Below, one piece after another: positions 25,150-38,518 of a DNA stretch of 64,000 bases. This stretch comes from Octopus sinensis. Taxonomy: Eukaryota. The first letter of the stretch is position 1. Each line of letters begins with the position of its first letter. A model generated the notes under the pieces. The model did no database searches. It was not told where the DNA came from and worked only from the letters and a program-made list of their open reading frames with translations. The position numbers and the translations under genes are program-made. The stretch covers positions 169,384,001 to 169,448,000 of the forward strand of contig NC_042997.1 in NCBI RefSeq assembly GCF_006345805.1, in the 5' to 3' direction.

Positions 25150-25770
25150 TAATAGTGAAAGATTATCAATTCAGGCAAAATACTTTATTTATAAGTCTCT
25201 GTTAGTACACCAGGCTGACAATATTGTTTAGATTAGCAAAGAACTCTGTGCATTCTCGTGGCAAGGTCCAAGGTTCAAGTTTATCCCCATTCTATATTGT
25301 AAATCCATGGTTGTGTTCCAATTATACTGATTTTTACACAGAGAGATATACAAGATGAGGCATAAATAATGGTCATTGCATATTTCTTTATTGTAGTAAA
25401 TTTTACTTACAGCTGTTTCCAGGAATCATTATAGGTTTGTTGTTGGCCCACTGATCAGTTGAAAAGAATTGAATAACCTACAAAATTAATGCTACTTTCA
25501 TAGCATTATAACCAAGCAGAATACTGAAACATTATTTACTGAAAGAATGGTACAAGTTTGTACTATGCTTTTAGTATTCTGCTTGGTTATAATCAGTAAT
25601 GACTCTGACAAAACTAGCACTAATCGTCTAGGTCTTTCAATTTTGCTCAATGGGCCAATTGAGTAAATCTGTCAATAACAAACCTATGACTACTGTAAAC
25701 AGCTGTAGGTCAAATTTATTACAATAAAAAAAATGTGCAATAACCATTGTTTATGCCTTGTCTTTTGTAC
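25150..25770. repeat. Two opposed copies of one dispersed repeat forming a diverged foldback (centre ~25548); third copy at 42410-42810
   Basis: Perfect 21-bp inverted repeat 25504-25524 / 25573-25593; outer arms alignable to ~25350 and ~25770. Confidence 0.8.
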
Positions 25771-25821
25771 ACACACACACACACACACACATGTATATAT
25801 ATATACACATATATATATGTG

Positions 25822-25873
<52 letters not shown>

Positions 25874-25886
25874 TATATATGTGTAT

Positions 25887-25926
<40 letters not shown>

Positions 25927-25927
<1 letters not shown>

Positions 25928-26159
25928 CAGAATTTGTAAGCTGTATATGGCAAAAAAGTTACCCGTTACACCAGTACATAGGCTTGAAAGTAACGGGTAA
26001 GATTTTTCCCCTAGCATTTCTAGATCTATAGGAAATATTATATTGACAAGGAAATGAACCTTCGGTTCTAATCCAGAAACGAGTCGTCTATAATTAATCC
26101 ATAGGCTGGGTTTTCGTTATTTTCTGCCTTTTTTGCCATATACAGCTTACAAATTCTGT
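25927..26159. repeat. Foldback element with perfect 32-bp inverted arms (25927-25958 / 26128-26159)
   Basis: ACAGAATTTGTAAGCTGTATATGGCAAAAAAG and its exact reverse complement; internal 11-bp hairpin TTACCCGTTAC/GTAACGGGTAA; follows (TA)n. Confidence 0.9.
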
Positions 26160-26399
26160 TTGTTTGTGGAGACTTTTTACTAGTAGAGGAAATAGTGACC
26201 AATTTTGGCTGCTATTTCTAATATTTTCGGTATGTGGTTTTGAGCAACTTGTTGCATTTAACCCTTAATTATAATTATTATAACCCTTACCAAATATGGT
26301 CTTTTCCATACCGACAAATCTACTAGGTGAAATTGATTAATTTTATTAAATTAATTATATTCCACCCTTTATTGCATATTATATATATACACATATACA

Positions 26400-27535
26400 G
26401 ATTCCATCACATGCCAGTGGGAGAAACTAGAAGTAGTTGATAGCTTCTGCTACCTAGGTGACCAAGTCTGTAGTGGGGGTGGATGCTCTTCGAGTGTTGC
26501 CACAAGAATAAGAATAACTTGGGCAAAGTTCAGAAAGCTCCTACCTCTGCTGGTAAAAAAAGGGCCTCTCATTCAGAGTGAAAAGTAAACTGTATGATGC
26601 ATGTGTGCAAACAGCCATGCTACACAGTAGTGAAACATGGGCCATGACTGCTGAGGACATACATAGGCTTGAAAGAAATGAAGCTAGTATGATCCACTGG
26701 ATGTGTAATGTCAGTGTGCATACATGACAGTGTGTAAGTGCCTGAGAGAAATGCTGGACATAAGAAGCATCAGATGTGGTGTGCAAGAGAGATGACTTCA
26801 CTGGTATGGTCATGTGCTATGTATAGATGAGGAGAGCTGTGTGAAGAAATATCACATGCTAACAGTGGAAGGAACCCGTGGAAGAGGGAGACCAAGGAAG
26901 ACTTGGGATGAGGTGGTGAAGCACAAACTTCGAATGTTGGGCCTCACAGAGGCAATGACAAGCGACCAAGACCTTTGGAGATATGCTGTGATTGAAAAGA
27001 CCCTGCAAGTAAAATGAGATCACAGTTATGGCTAATACCAGTGTTGCATAATCAGTCCATTTAAAAGTATCCTTGAATCGTTGGGTGATACGCAGCACTA
27101 GAGAAGACCTGTTGAGTCAAGTGAAATCAAATTGGAGCCAATGATCTGGCAAGTAAAGTGAGATCACAGCCGTGGCCAATACCAGTATCACATAACCAGC
27201 CCATTTAAAAGTACCCTTGAATTGTCAGGTGATACGCTGTACCTGAGAAGATATGTTGAGTCAAGTAAAATCAAGATCAAAATGGAAAAAGTAATTGGGG
27301 GTGATGCCAGTGCCGCCTGACTGGCACTCATGCTGGTGGCACATAATAAGCACCATTTGAGCATAAGTCGATGACAGTGCTGCCTGACTGGCGTAAAAAG
27401 CACCCACTACACTCTTGGAGTGGTTGGTATTAAGAAGGGCATCCAGCTATAGAAACCTTGCCAGATCAGATTGGAGCCTGGTGCAGCCTACTGGTTTGCT
27501 AGTCCTCAGTCAAACCATCCAATTTATGCCAGCAT
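26400..27535 (+). mobile_element. RTE-clade LINE, 5'-truncated: ORF2 C-terminus (to ~27010) plus 3' UTR with ~143-bp duplication and tail
   Basis: EKLEVVDSFCYLGDQV...RIRITWAKFRKLLPLL...KLYDACVQTAMLHSSETWAM...TVEGTRGRGRPRKTWDEVVK, with stops and frameshifts. Confidence 0.9.
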
Positions 27536-27646
27536 ATATATATATAAGTCGTTGTGGTCTTAAGTCGTTTTTGACTTTCTGCTTGCATGTAGAAATTACC
27601 TGTTATAGGTAAATTTCTCTTTGTGTTTAAATGTACACTATTTTAT

Positions 27647-27700
<54 letters not shown>

Positions 27701-30700
27701 CATACATACATACATACATACATACATACATACATACATACATACATACATACATACATGCATACAAATACACACATACACACGCTCATATAAAATGAAT
27801 GATGACACAAGTACAAGCAGTCTTATATGTATACATATTTATGGTAAAGACATATCAATAGCACTCAAATGACCAGAAGGTAGAATGACAGTGCAAAGCA
27901 CTTCGCAGAGTGCAAGGCATGCATTTTGAACTTGCTGACCAAGTAACTTAAGCTTTTGTATCCCTACAGAAATGAACAGCTTAAACAGCTTTGAATTGTT
28001 GTAAAGCTACCTGTATGCAGTTAAGGCTGTGAATGCAGTTTTTGCAAGCTAGGGATGATTGTGACTTATCTGCAGACTTCTATGACTGACAACAGATTGG
28101 ATAATTTAAGCATAATCACTATGTACTAAGCAGCTGATATTTGAAGCCATTGTCCTTTGTTTTGCAGTGAAGAACTGAGTCATAAGAATAGTTATCTTGT
28201 AGTTTATGTTACTGTAACTTGTAACAATGTATCTATTTTACATGTTTTATTATTTTATTTGTTGTAAATTCTGCTATTACACTGAGAAGTGACTTTGAAT
28301 TTGAGTAGTATAAAACCACATATTATCACACAAATAAATTAAAGGTGAGTAGATTGGCAGAAATGTCAGCCAAAATGTCTAGCAGTTTTATTCTGGCTTC
28401 CTACCTTCTAAGTTCAAATCAGTTAATTTTTTTTTTACTTTTCACTTATTTTATATTATAAAGAAAACAAAAAATATTTTATCTATAAATAAAATATTTC
28501 GTTTATAAATAAAATAAATGTTCTATTTATTTATGTATAAATAGAATATTTATTTTATAAATAAAATATTTATTTTATTTGTTGACAAATACGATAAATA
28601 AAATATTTTATCAATAATAACATAAAGTACTTTATGCTATTGATAGAATAAAGTACCAATCAAGAACTGGTGTTAATGTAATCAAATAACCTCCTCTCCC
28701 AAATCTCTGGCCTTGTGCTTATATTAAAAACAATTATTACTTATATAATTTTACTCATCTTCATAGCTTTCTGGCTTTCTGAGCAGCTACAAAATGCTGG
28801 CGCTACCACTAAGATGATTTCCTGTAGATAGACACCAGTTATTGTTGTTCGTGGTGTTATTGTTTAACCCCAAGTCACTTCTGACTGAATAGGCCTGTGA
28901 GCAAAAGCATTTTAACCATGACCACTTCATCTTTTTTGTATATTTATGATTGCATTGTGCAATATAACCTTATTTTTTTTTTTTAGATGATGAAGTGTGA
29001 TTTGAGAGAAATTTAGCTGCTGTTTCTTGTTGGTTGAGTGACCATATAGAGATTTCCTGAAATTAAACATTTACCAGTGTTTATTTCTAAATTTCCACAT
29101 GAAGTTGCTAAATTTCTAAATAAAGTTCTAAAAAGATCATGATTAACAACAAAGCAAAATAAGACAATAATACAAGATAGAACTGATAAAATATTCCATC
29201 TGACATTTATAAAAATTCTTAAGAAAGATAAAAGAGCAGGCTAGAATGTTACAACTAACAGATTATATCTGAGATATAAAGTAAATTATTATCAGAGTAA
29301 GCAAAATTTAATGGGTTTTTTTTTCTCATTTACTTTTCTTTTGTTTCTATTCTTTCTCTGTTTGAAGTTGGTATGTTTCTAGATATGCCATGAGTTTCTT
29401 ACTTTCTTGGATCTTATGATAACAATTACTAAATTAGTTAATACTATCCTAATTCACTTCTGCTCTGTTATATGTACATCTTCATCATATGAACATAATT
29501 ATCATGATTTGTTTTTTTTTCTTTACTTCCTTTTCTTTGTTGTGTTTCTGCTTGTTTTTTTACTAGTATTTTTTGTTTTCACTTTACTGTCCCATTGTCT
29601 GATGCTTATTCCTTGCTTATTATTCCCTTTCTTCCAATTAATATAATCAGCCTCTGCATGATGTATACATAAGGATGAAATGAAATGGAATCAACATGCC
29701 AATCTAGTCAACCTAAAAATATCAAAAGCTATCTATGCTATCTATAGATATTAAAATATCCCTTCCTGTAAATGCATTAATGACTGCGACTTCTTTTCCT
29801 TGTGCAACAGCATCTAAATTATGGAATTTTAGTTTGAAAAGAACTCCATGTCTCTGCAACACAAAAAGACTTCCAAAATATAATTTTCCCAGAATATGGA
29901 AGGAGTTAAGCAAAAGGAGTTAATTAAATTAACCTACTTTTAGAAAAATATCAAAAGGATAATTAGCTAAAGAATTTCTTGCTAGTTACGTCAGACATTA
30001 TAATGATTTCTAACATTGGCAGGTAGTCAAGCATTTGGGCACAGAAGAAGGTATTGTAGATTAAAGAAGAAGGTATCGTACTTGACTAGTACTTTATTTT
30101 ATCAAACCCACCAGAAGAATGGAAAGTGAAGCTAATCTCATCAAAAGTTGAACTTAGTCTGTATATATTGTATGGCATTTTGACAATATGCTAAATTCTG
30201 ACAATATGCTAAATTTGCTGTCAGATAATATTAGTTAAAAGTCTTGTAAAATTTAATAAAGGCACATTATTCCCCAAATCCCAGAAGCAGAATAATACCT
30301 GTATCCTTGAAACTTCATAGCAAGCGGTAAGATACAAGATAAACAATTAAGATAAAATCATTGTTGGCTGCTGAAAAATAAATTGAATCCTTCATAGCCC
30401 TTTTCCTTTTTTATTCTTTCTTGTAAAATTTATTTCATTTCAGAATCTTTTCTTTTTGTTACACTCTCAACAATTATGTAATTATGATAATCATCCAAAA
30501 CAGATTCAACTTTATACAAATCTATTTCCAACAATGTCTCATACTTATTTTAAATAAAAAATCTTTAGTTCATTTTAATAACAGAATTAATTACAAAAGT
30601 ACAAAGTATTGTTGTAACTAACAATAGTAAATTAGTGTTAACATATTTTATTCTTACTCAATGCCTAATATCATTTTCCTTTTTCTTTTCAAGTGTGGTA

Positions 30701-30947
30701 GACAACTCCAGACATGTTTTCATATTATTCTGACATCATCAGAATAATATCAAAACATATCTGTTAACTTGTTAAGCAAACATATTTTGATGTAATTGGC
30801 TGTTTACTTTTTAAATTGGTAATAAGAGAATCCCTAAATAAATGAAAAAGTGCATTTTTTGTTGATGAAAGGAAACAGAATTGTTCAGAGAATTGGACAT
30901 ACCAATCACATGAAAATCAATAGGTAAGTTAGTGTTAACATATTTAA

Positions 30948-31154
30948 CCCTTTTGTTATTATATTTTAGTTGAAATACATTGCCTTTGTTTCAATTTTGG
31001 AAATAACAAAGAGTTCAATAAAACAACTTTGCTGGTGTTTGGAATATAAATTAACAGGAAATTTGGATGGAAGGTTTTAATTTAGATCACTTTAAAACAG
31101 GAAGTTTATGTCCTAGAGCCAGAAGTGCTCCCAGTCATATTGGTAGCAAAAGGG
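30948..31154. mobile_element. piggyBac-type MITE, 207 bp
   Basis: TTAA|CCCTTTTGTTA...TAGCAAAAGGG|TTAA: TIRs starting CCC and a TTAA target duplication. Confidence 0.8.
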
Positions 31155-32689
31155 TTAATGCATAGAGTATTAAAAATTTAAGCATAGCTGACACTTTGTA
31201 GGAAATTGAAGACAACATGCTTGAGAGGAGTGGTTGTGAAAAGATGCATTCATATTTTGGTAATTAAGATTGTTGATAACATCTTAAAACTCTGGATTCA
31301 TATAAAAGTTTTGACCAGAGATTCATTAATGTTATTTGGTTGAATTTAAATGATATCAATGTTTAGTTTTTTAAAATGTTGATAATGGCAGATTAGTTTG
31401 TAAAACTGAAGGTAGTACTCCAGTATGGTCTTGATTGCAATGCCTAAAACAAATAAAAGAACTGAAGCTGTTTAATGGAAGGATTTCTGTTTTCTTGTAT
31501 AAGATAAATTGAGCTACATGGAAATTATTGTTCAGGTTCAAAGAATGTGACTCTAATAACCTTTCTGATTCAAAGTGTGAGTTCTATCTCTCTTGTTCAA
31601 AATTCTTACCTTTATCATCAATATGTAAGTGAACCAATTCACCACCAAACAGGAGAATCTTCCAACCACTTGGATATTGTGTTCTAATGAAAGGAGGAAA
31701 GCAAACACTCATGACTTTCTGTAGAACCTCTGGAGCTAGCGAGAGAGAAGGAAAGAGTTATTCTCAGAGTGGTGATCTAGCCTGAATGAGCAGAAAGGAC
31801 AAGTAGCAGAATTAAACCATGTGATAGATTACATTTACCATCTAAAAACAGGAATTCTCCCTTCTTTGGGCTCCCATACAATTCTCTCTCCTAAATTTCA
31901 CTCACAAGGCTTTGGTTGATTAGAGGCTAATGTAGAAGATACTTGCTCAATGTACTGTGTAGTGAAAGTGAATCTCAATCTACATAACTGGGAAGGACCC
32001 TTCTTTACCACACAGCTATGCCTGACTCACCACCTTATGTGACAAAAAATAATACAAAACCACAAATCCAGAGCTGAGGAAAGGCAATTTATTTCATCAA
32101 CACCAATATGCAAAGGATAGATATTTTATTGACATCAGAAGGATGAAATGTGAATTCAATCTCAGCAAGATTTGAATTCCTAATGTACCGAGATGTAGCT
32201 AAATACTACAAACCAATTAATTTGGAACTTTACTATTTCTATCACTTCACTAACTTTGAATTTTATAATTGATTAGACAAGCATATATCATTCCGTCCTT
32301 ATATTTCACATGAAAGCTGGTTCTGAAAACCGTCTGACCTATATTTAATATAACAATTTCAGAGATTAACTGGGGTAATGAACTGGTTAACCTTTACCGT
32401 GATAATTATCTCTTTTTAAAGTTTTTGGTTAACATAGATTAGCTAGTTAAATTTTTATGTTTTTTCTTTCAGATAATTTCTCTTCATTCAAGTGCAGAGA
32501 CCTATATATGAAGTAAGATGTAAATCAAGTGATAAACACAAAGTCAGCAAGGTCAAAATACTTCTATAACCATTTACAACATCATTGGACTGGAAATAAA
32601 AATCAGTTTAGAACATTCAAAAGCAACAACATAGTATAAAGCCCTGGTCTAAAATTCTTGATACCAGTCATTCAGTAGATATAATGATG

Positions 32690-32692
32690 ATG

Positions 32693-32743
<51 letters not shown>

Positions 32744-32778
32744 TAATAATGATGATGATGATGATGATACTGATGCTG

Positions 32779-32815
<37 letters not shown>

Positions 32816-32855
32816 TAATCACGACGATGATGATGATGATGTTGATGATGATGAT
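32690..32855. repeat. (AAT)n/(GAT)n triplet tract
   Basis: Visible directly. Confidence 0.95.
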
Positions 32856-32904
32856 AGAAGTAACTCGAGTGTGTAGTCTATAAACAGAAACTATTCCTAT
32901 CAAA

Positions 32905-33420
32905 GTACCAGACAGTGGCTCTCATGGCTTCTGATCTTAACAACTGATTGGAAGTGTTATCATGTACATTGTTCTCTCTTGGTATAAAAGATGGGCTACT
33001 GCAAATATTCTGCTCAATACCATAGATTTACTTGTCAGTTGTTTGACCTTAACCAGTTGAGCATGTCCCTTAGTGGCTGACGATGTGTGCATCTCTGATC
33101 AGGAGCAGAAGTAGTGGGGGAGCATCATAGCCATGTGTTGAGAGGAATTCTTTGAGGTTTGAATAACTCACCTCTGGAAACATGGGTGTTCATCATCCTT
33201 AAACAAACCTTATTCAGGGATCTTTTGAATGGGATGGGCTATACATCATCATCGTCATCCCTTAATGTTCGTTATCCAGGGCCGGCAAGCTACACCTGAC
33301 TCAATCTGAAGAAAATTCTAACTGGGCCGCACCTGCAAGGTCATGTGTTATTTATCTTGATATGAGATCACCATGTCATGCACATATGGTTGTGATGCAT
33401 GTGCTTGGTGCACCTTATCA
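32905..33420. mobile_element. Probable interspersed repeat, unclassified
   Basis: GC-richer block that I recall as a common octopus repeat; single copy here, so class and strand are unverified. Confidence 0.3.
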
Positions 33421-33882
33421 AGCAGAGCAGTCATGATAGGTTTTATTGTACCCCAGTGTCACTTTGATGACATGCATTGCTCTCTCACTCAATAATAATA
33501 TCACAATTATGTTTAAAGCATTTTTATTCAACCTCACTACCAGCAGCTTTTTATCAAAGATTTGGACTTTAACACTACAAGGAAACAGTTGTATGTGGAT
33601 CAGTGCTTTCAGTGTTAGAAGAAGATAGTAAGCAAGAGTAATGGTTAAGTTGGAGACAACCAACAATTCAAGAATAGACTTCATGAAAAGTAGTAAACCC
33701 ATAAAACTGAAATTCCTTTCTATAAAAAACTATGAAAACATCGTTATTAACTGCCTATCAGCCATAAAAAGTGTGAAATATATCCTTCATATATTTATTT
33801 CTAAAGAATGCTTATTCACTTTTAGCTAGTCTAATTTCAATAATACAATTTTCTGTACGTTGTTTGTTTCTTTCAGTGTGTG

Positions 33883-33948
<66 letters not shown>

Positions 33949-34249
33949 GTGTATATACATATACATGTATATATGTATATATATATATGTGTGTATGTGT
34001 ATATGTATGTATGTATATATATAGACATACATACATACATACATACATACATACATACATACATACATACATACATACATACAAAAGTATTCAGTGATTT
34101 GTTAAAGGTGTTACTATTTTAGTTCCTTTCTTCTCACTTGTGGAGTATCACATACTTCAGTTTTTAAGATTTCTGTGATTAAATACTTATTGCTGTTCAA
34201 GACTTGTTTTCTTGAAATTTTGCTTATTAACCACTTGTTTTAAAGTGTT

Positions 34250-34270
34250 ATGTTAGATATATATACATAC

Positions 34271-34301
<31 letters not shown>

Positions 34302-34317
34302 CTTCTCCCTCTCTCTG

Positions 34318-34409
<92 letters not shown>

Positions 34410-34425
34410 CACATATATACATATA
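34250..34425. repeat. (TA)n/(TACA)n microsatellite
   Basis: Visible directly. Confidence 0.95.
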
Positions 34426-34616
34426 TAGACTGTCATTTATAATATAATATAAAGCTATGCATACGAACAAAATACCGAAATGTCTGAGACAAATTGTTGT
34501 TATTAAGATTATAATTCTCTGGACTATTAACCTCATCTTTAGTGTATATTTAAGCATACCCCTACAGCTATATTTTGATTGGTTCAATATCAGCAATATC
34601 CTTTTCAATAATTGGG

Positions 34617-35880
34617 GTTCATCATCATCATCATCATCGTTTTACGTCTCCTTTCCATGCTAGCATGGGTTGGACGGTTTGATTGATGACTGGTGAGCCA
34701 TAGGCTGCACCAGGCTCAATCTGATCTGGCAAAGTGTCTACAGCTGGATGCCCTTCCTAATGCCAACCACTCTGTGAGTGTAGTGGGTGCATTTACATGC
34801 CACCAGCATGAGGGCCAGTCACGTAATTCTGGCAACGACCATGCTAAAAAGGTGTTTTTACATGCTACCTGTACAGGAGTCAGTCTGGCGGTACTGGCAA
34901 CAACCATGCTCGAATATTGTTTTTCACGTGCCACCAGCACATGTGCCAGTAAAGCAACACTGGCAATGATCATGCTCGAATGGTGCTTTTCACGTGTCAC
35001 TGGCATGGCAGCCAATCCATGGCCCTGGCAATGATCATGCTCAAATGTGGTTTTAACGTTCCACTGGCATGAGTGTCAATCAGGCAGTACTGTCATTGGC
35101 CACATCAGCGATTTTGATTTGTTTACACTTGCCTCAATAGGTCTTCAGAAGTAAATCTCATTGTCCAATGAATGAGGGGTACTCCACGTTCAGATGTGCT
35201 TTTAACATTTTACTGGCACGAGTACAAATCAGGCGGTACTGTCATTGGCCATGTCAACAATTTTGAGTTTGATTTCACTTGCTTCAACAGGTCTTCACAA
35301 GTAAGGTTTATTGTCCAATGAATGAGGGGTATTCATAAATGGGCTGGTTACACCCACTGGCATAGGCCATGGGCTATGGTCTCACTTGGCTTATCGGGTC
35401 TTCTCAAGCACAGCATATCTCCAAAGGTCTCAGTCACTAGTCATTGCCTCGATAAGGCCCAATGTTCAAAGGTCATGCTTCACCACCTCATCCCAGGTCT
35501 TTCTGGGTCTACTTCTTCCACAGGTTCCCTCAACTGCTAGGGTGTGACACTTTTTCACACAGCTCATTCATTCACATCACATAACCATACCAGCGCAGTC
35601 ATCTCTCTTGCACGCCACATTTGATGCTTCTTAAGTCCAACCTTTCTCTCAGGGCACTTACACTCTGTCGTGTATTCGCACTGACATTACACATCCAGCA
35701 GAGCATACTGGCTTCATTCCTTGCAAGCTTACGTATGTCCTCAGTAGTCACGGCCCATGTTTCACTGCCATATAGCATGGCTGTTTGCACACATGCGTCA
35801 TACAGTCTAGCTTTTACTCTGAGCAAGAGGTCCTTTGTCACCAGCAGAGGTAGGAGCTCTCTGAACTTTACCCAGGCTAT
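34617..35880 (-). mobile_element. RTE-clade LINE 3' fragment (ORF2 C-terminus, duplicated 3' UTR units, tail)
   Basis: KARLYDACVQTAMLYGSETWAVTTEDIRKLARNEASMLCWMCNV on the minus strand; same family as 26400. Confidence 0.9.
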
Positions 35881-36508
35881 TCATGTCTGAGAATTATTTT
35901 TCATATTATATTCATAGGTGCAGGCATGGCTGTATGGTTAAGAAGTTTGTTTTGCAGCTACATGATCCTGGGTGCAGCCCTACTGCCCAACACAGTGAAT
36001 TTGGCAGATGAAAATTGAAGCATATATGTCTTTGTGTTTGTCCCCCTTTCATTGCTTCACAACTGGTGTTGGTTTGTTTGTGTCCCTATAACTTAGCAGT
36101 TCAGTAAAAGAGACCAATAGAATAAGTAATAGACTCCATACATAAGTACTGAGGTTGAATTTGATTTGTTTAACTTAAACCCTCCAAGGCAGTACCAAGA
36201 TGGCTGCTGTCCAATGACTGAAACAAGTAAAAGATAAAGGATAAAAAATTGCCATAAAATTTGGAAAAAGCTTTTCTTGAATTTCAAAGAATTAATTATA
36301 TTAAATTTTTTTTTTAATAAAGCAAATTGACACAAATCTGAAGAAAGTTTTTGTGTAAATATTTTTCAAACACACCTTAGTTTGAAATACTGAATACAAC
36401 AAAAAGGTGCTTGCACAAAATCTTCTTTCCATCATATCTATGTTAATTTTTTTTTAAAGACTCTTTTATATAATTAATAATTTTAAATTTAAATTTAAAA
36501 AAATATTC

Positions 36509-36563
<55 letters not shown>

Positions 36564-37222
36564 TGTAGGCATGGGTGTGTGATAAAAAGCTTGCTTCCCA
36601 AATACATGGTTCTGGGTTCAGTCCCACTTCATGACTCCTTGGTCAAGTATCTTCTACTATAGCCTTGGGCTATGGATTTGGTAGACAGAAACTGAAAGAA
36701 GCCTGTTGCATACATATACATATGCATATACATACATATATTCTGCTTCAAACCACATTATATATAAATGGTTTTATGTGTGACAATTTACACAAGACTT
36801 GTATAAATTTATATATAGTTGAGTAGTGAGGTGTGACACCTTATCAGATGCTTACCAATGCAGCTATTATACATATGTGAAAAAGGTGCTTGCTATTGGT
36901 TATATATAGGAGAAAAGGAAAATAATAGGAATATCAATAATGACACAAAGAGCATTAAAAAACCTTGGACAGTAATAAAAGTACAATGGAGAGTGACAAA
37001 CCAACACTAGTAACAGTATTAAAAATAACAGCAGTCATGACAACAACATTATCAATACAATTAAGATGAAAATGATAACAATAACAACAACAGCAATAGC
37101 AGCAACAACAATAACAGCTGCAACAATAATTATTATTATTATTATCATTGTATTATATTGTTAAAGTAGTGAGTTGGCAGAATTGTTAGCACGCCGGGCA
37201 AAATGCTTAGTGGCATTTCATC

Positions 37223-38518
37223 TATTGGGCTGGCAAACTAAGTTTCCACAGTTTTTTTTAAATTTTAATTTTTTAAAAGGTTTAATAAAAAATAACTAAT
37301 TTATCAATAATGTATTCACTCTTGTTGTTTACAACTTCTTCCCAATGTTCAACAAGATTTTCAATACCTCGATGGTAGAAATCACCCAATTTCGTCTCGA
37401 AAAATTGATCCAACCAAGCTCTTAATTCTGCATCAGTATTGAATGAAACTCCATGAATAGCATTTGAAAGAGATCGAAAGAGGTGGAAATCCATTGGTGC
37501 CAAATCAGAAGAGTATGGCAGGTGTGGCAGCACTTCCTAGCCATACATTTGAATGGCTTCCTTGGTCATATTGGCAATATGAGGGAGGGCATTGTTGTGC
37601 AGCAGAAGAACTCCATGCTGCCGATTAGGTCTTTTCTCTTGAATAGCCATGTTGAGTCATTCCATCTGTTGAACATAGAGTTCTGCGTTGACTGTTTGGT
37701 TCCATTCAAGCAATTCATAATGGATAATCCCTTCCCAGTCCCACCAAATGCACAACATCGTTTTACGCAAATGAAGATCTTGTTTCACACGCGGTGTTGC
37801 ATGTTTACCAGCGCTAAGCCATTCCTTACGCTGCTTCATATTGATGTACAGGCACCATTTTTCCTTGCCAGTAACAATTCGGTAAAGAAATCGTTACTTG
37901 TGTCCATGAGTTGAGCAGTGACGAGCAAGCAAATCAGCAGAGATTGTGGCTCGTGATTTTTGTTGTTGTCACTTAAAGCATTCGGAACCCATGCTCCATA
38001 CTTCTGAACCTTTCCCATCGAGTGAAGATGCTTCTCTATAGCAGTGTGGGAGCATTCCATTTTCTCTGCGAGTTCCCTTGTCGTTTGACAAGAATTTTCA
38101 GGCAAAAGTTGGTTAATCATTCTTCATTGAACTCAACTGGACGGCCAGAACGAGGTGTGTCTTTGAGGTCAAAATTTCCATTTTTGAACTTGGCATACCA
38201 ATCATAAGCGGTTCTTTCAGCTATGGCACCCTCTCCATACACAGCACAAATGTTGCGAGCAGCTTTTGTGGCCTTAGAACCTTGATTAAAAGCAAAAACA
38301 AGGAGGTGTCGAAAATGCTTGTTTTTCTTAACTTGACATTCCATTTTAATGATCTGAAAATAAACAAAAATTAACTAAAATTAAATAGAAAAAAAAAAAA
38401 TAGATTCCAAACTTATTCCAAAATAGAATTCTCCCCAAAAAAATAGATTCCAAAATTTAAAAACACAATAAATTCCAAAATTTAAAAAATCGGCGATAAC
38501 TTTGTTGCCAAGCCAATA
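37223..38518 (-). mobile_element. Full-length (~1.3 kb) inactive mariner (DD34D type) with TA TSD, inserted in a family B SINE
   Basis: TIRs TATTGGGCTGGCAAACTAAGT / TATTGGCTTGGCAACAAAGT; SINE halves at 37160-37222 and 38519-38650 rejoin across the TA. Confidence 0.95.
37300..38344 (-). pseudogene. Mariner transposase pseudogene
   Basis: ATG 38344; HTH, GAWVP, VTGKEKW (D->K), HNNA (D->N) and YSSDLAPMD motifs; at least two frameshifts and several in-frame stops. Confidence 0.95.

Noticed and set aside
30722-30750. 12-bp perfect hairpin ATATTATTCTGA/TCAGAATAATAT
   Set aside because: Short and AT-rich; no supporting context.
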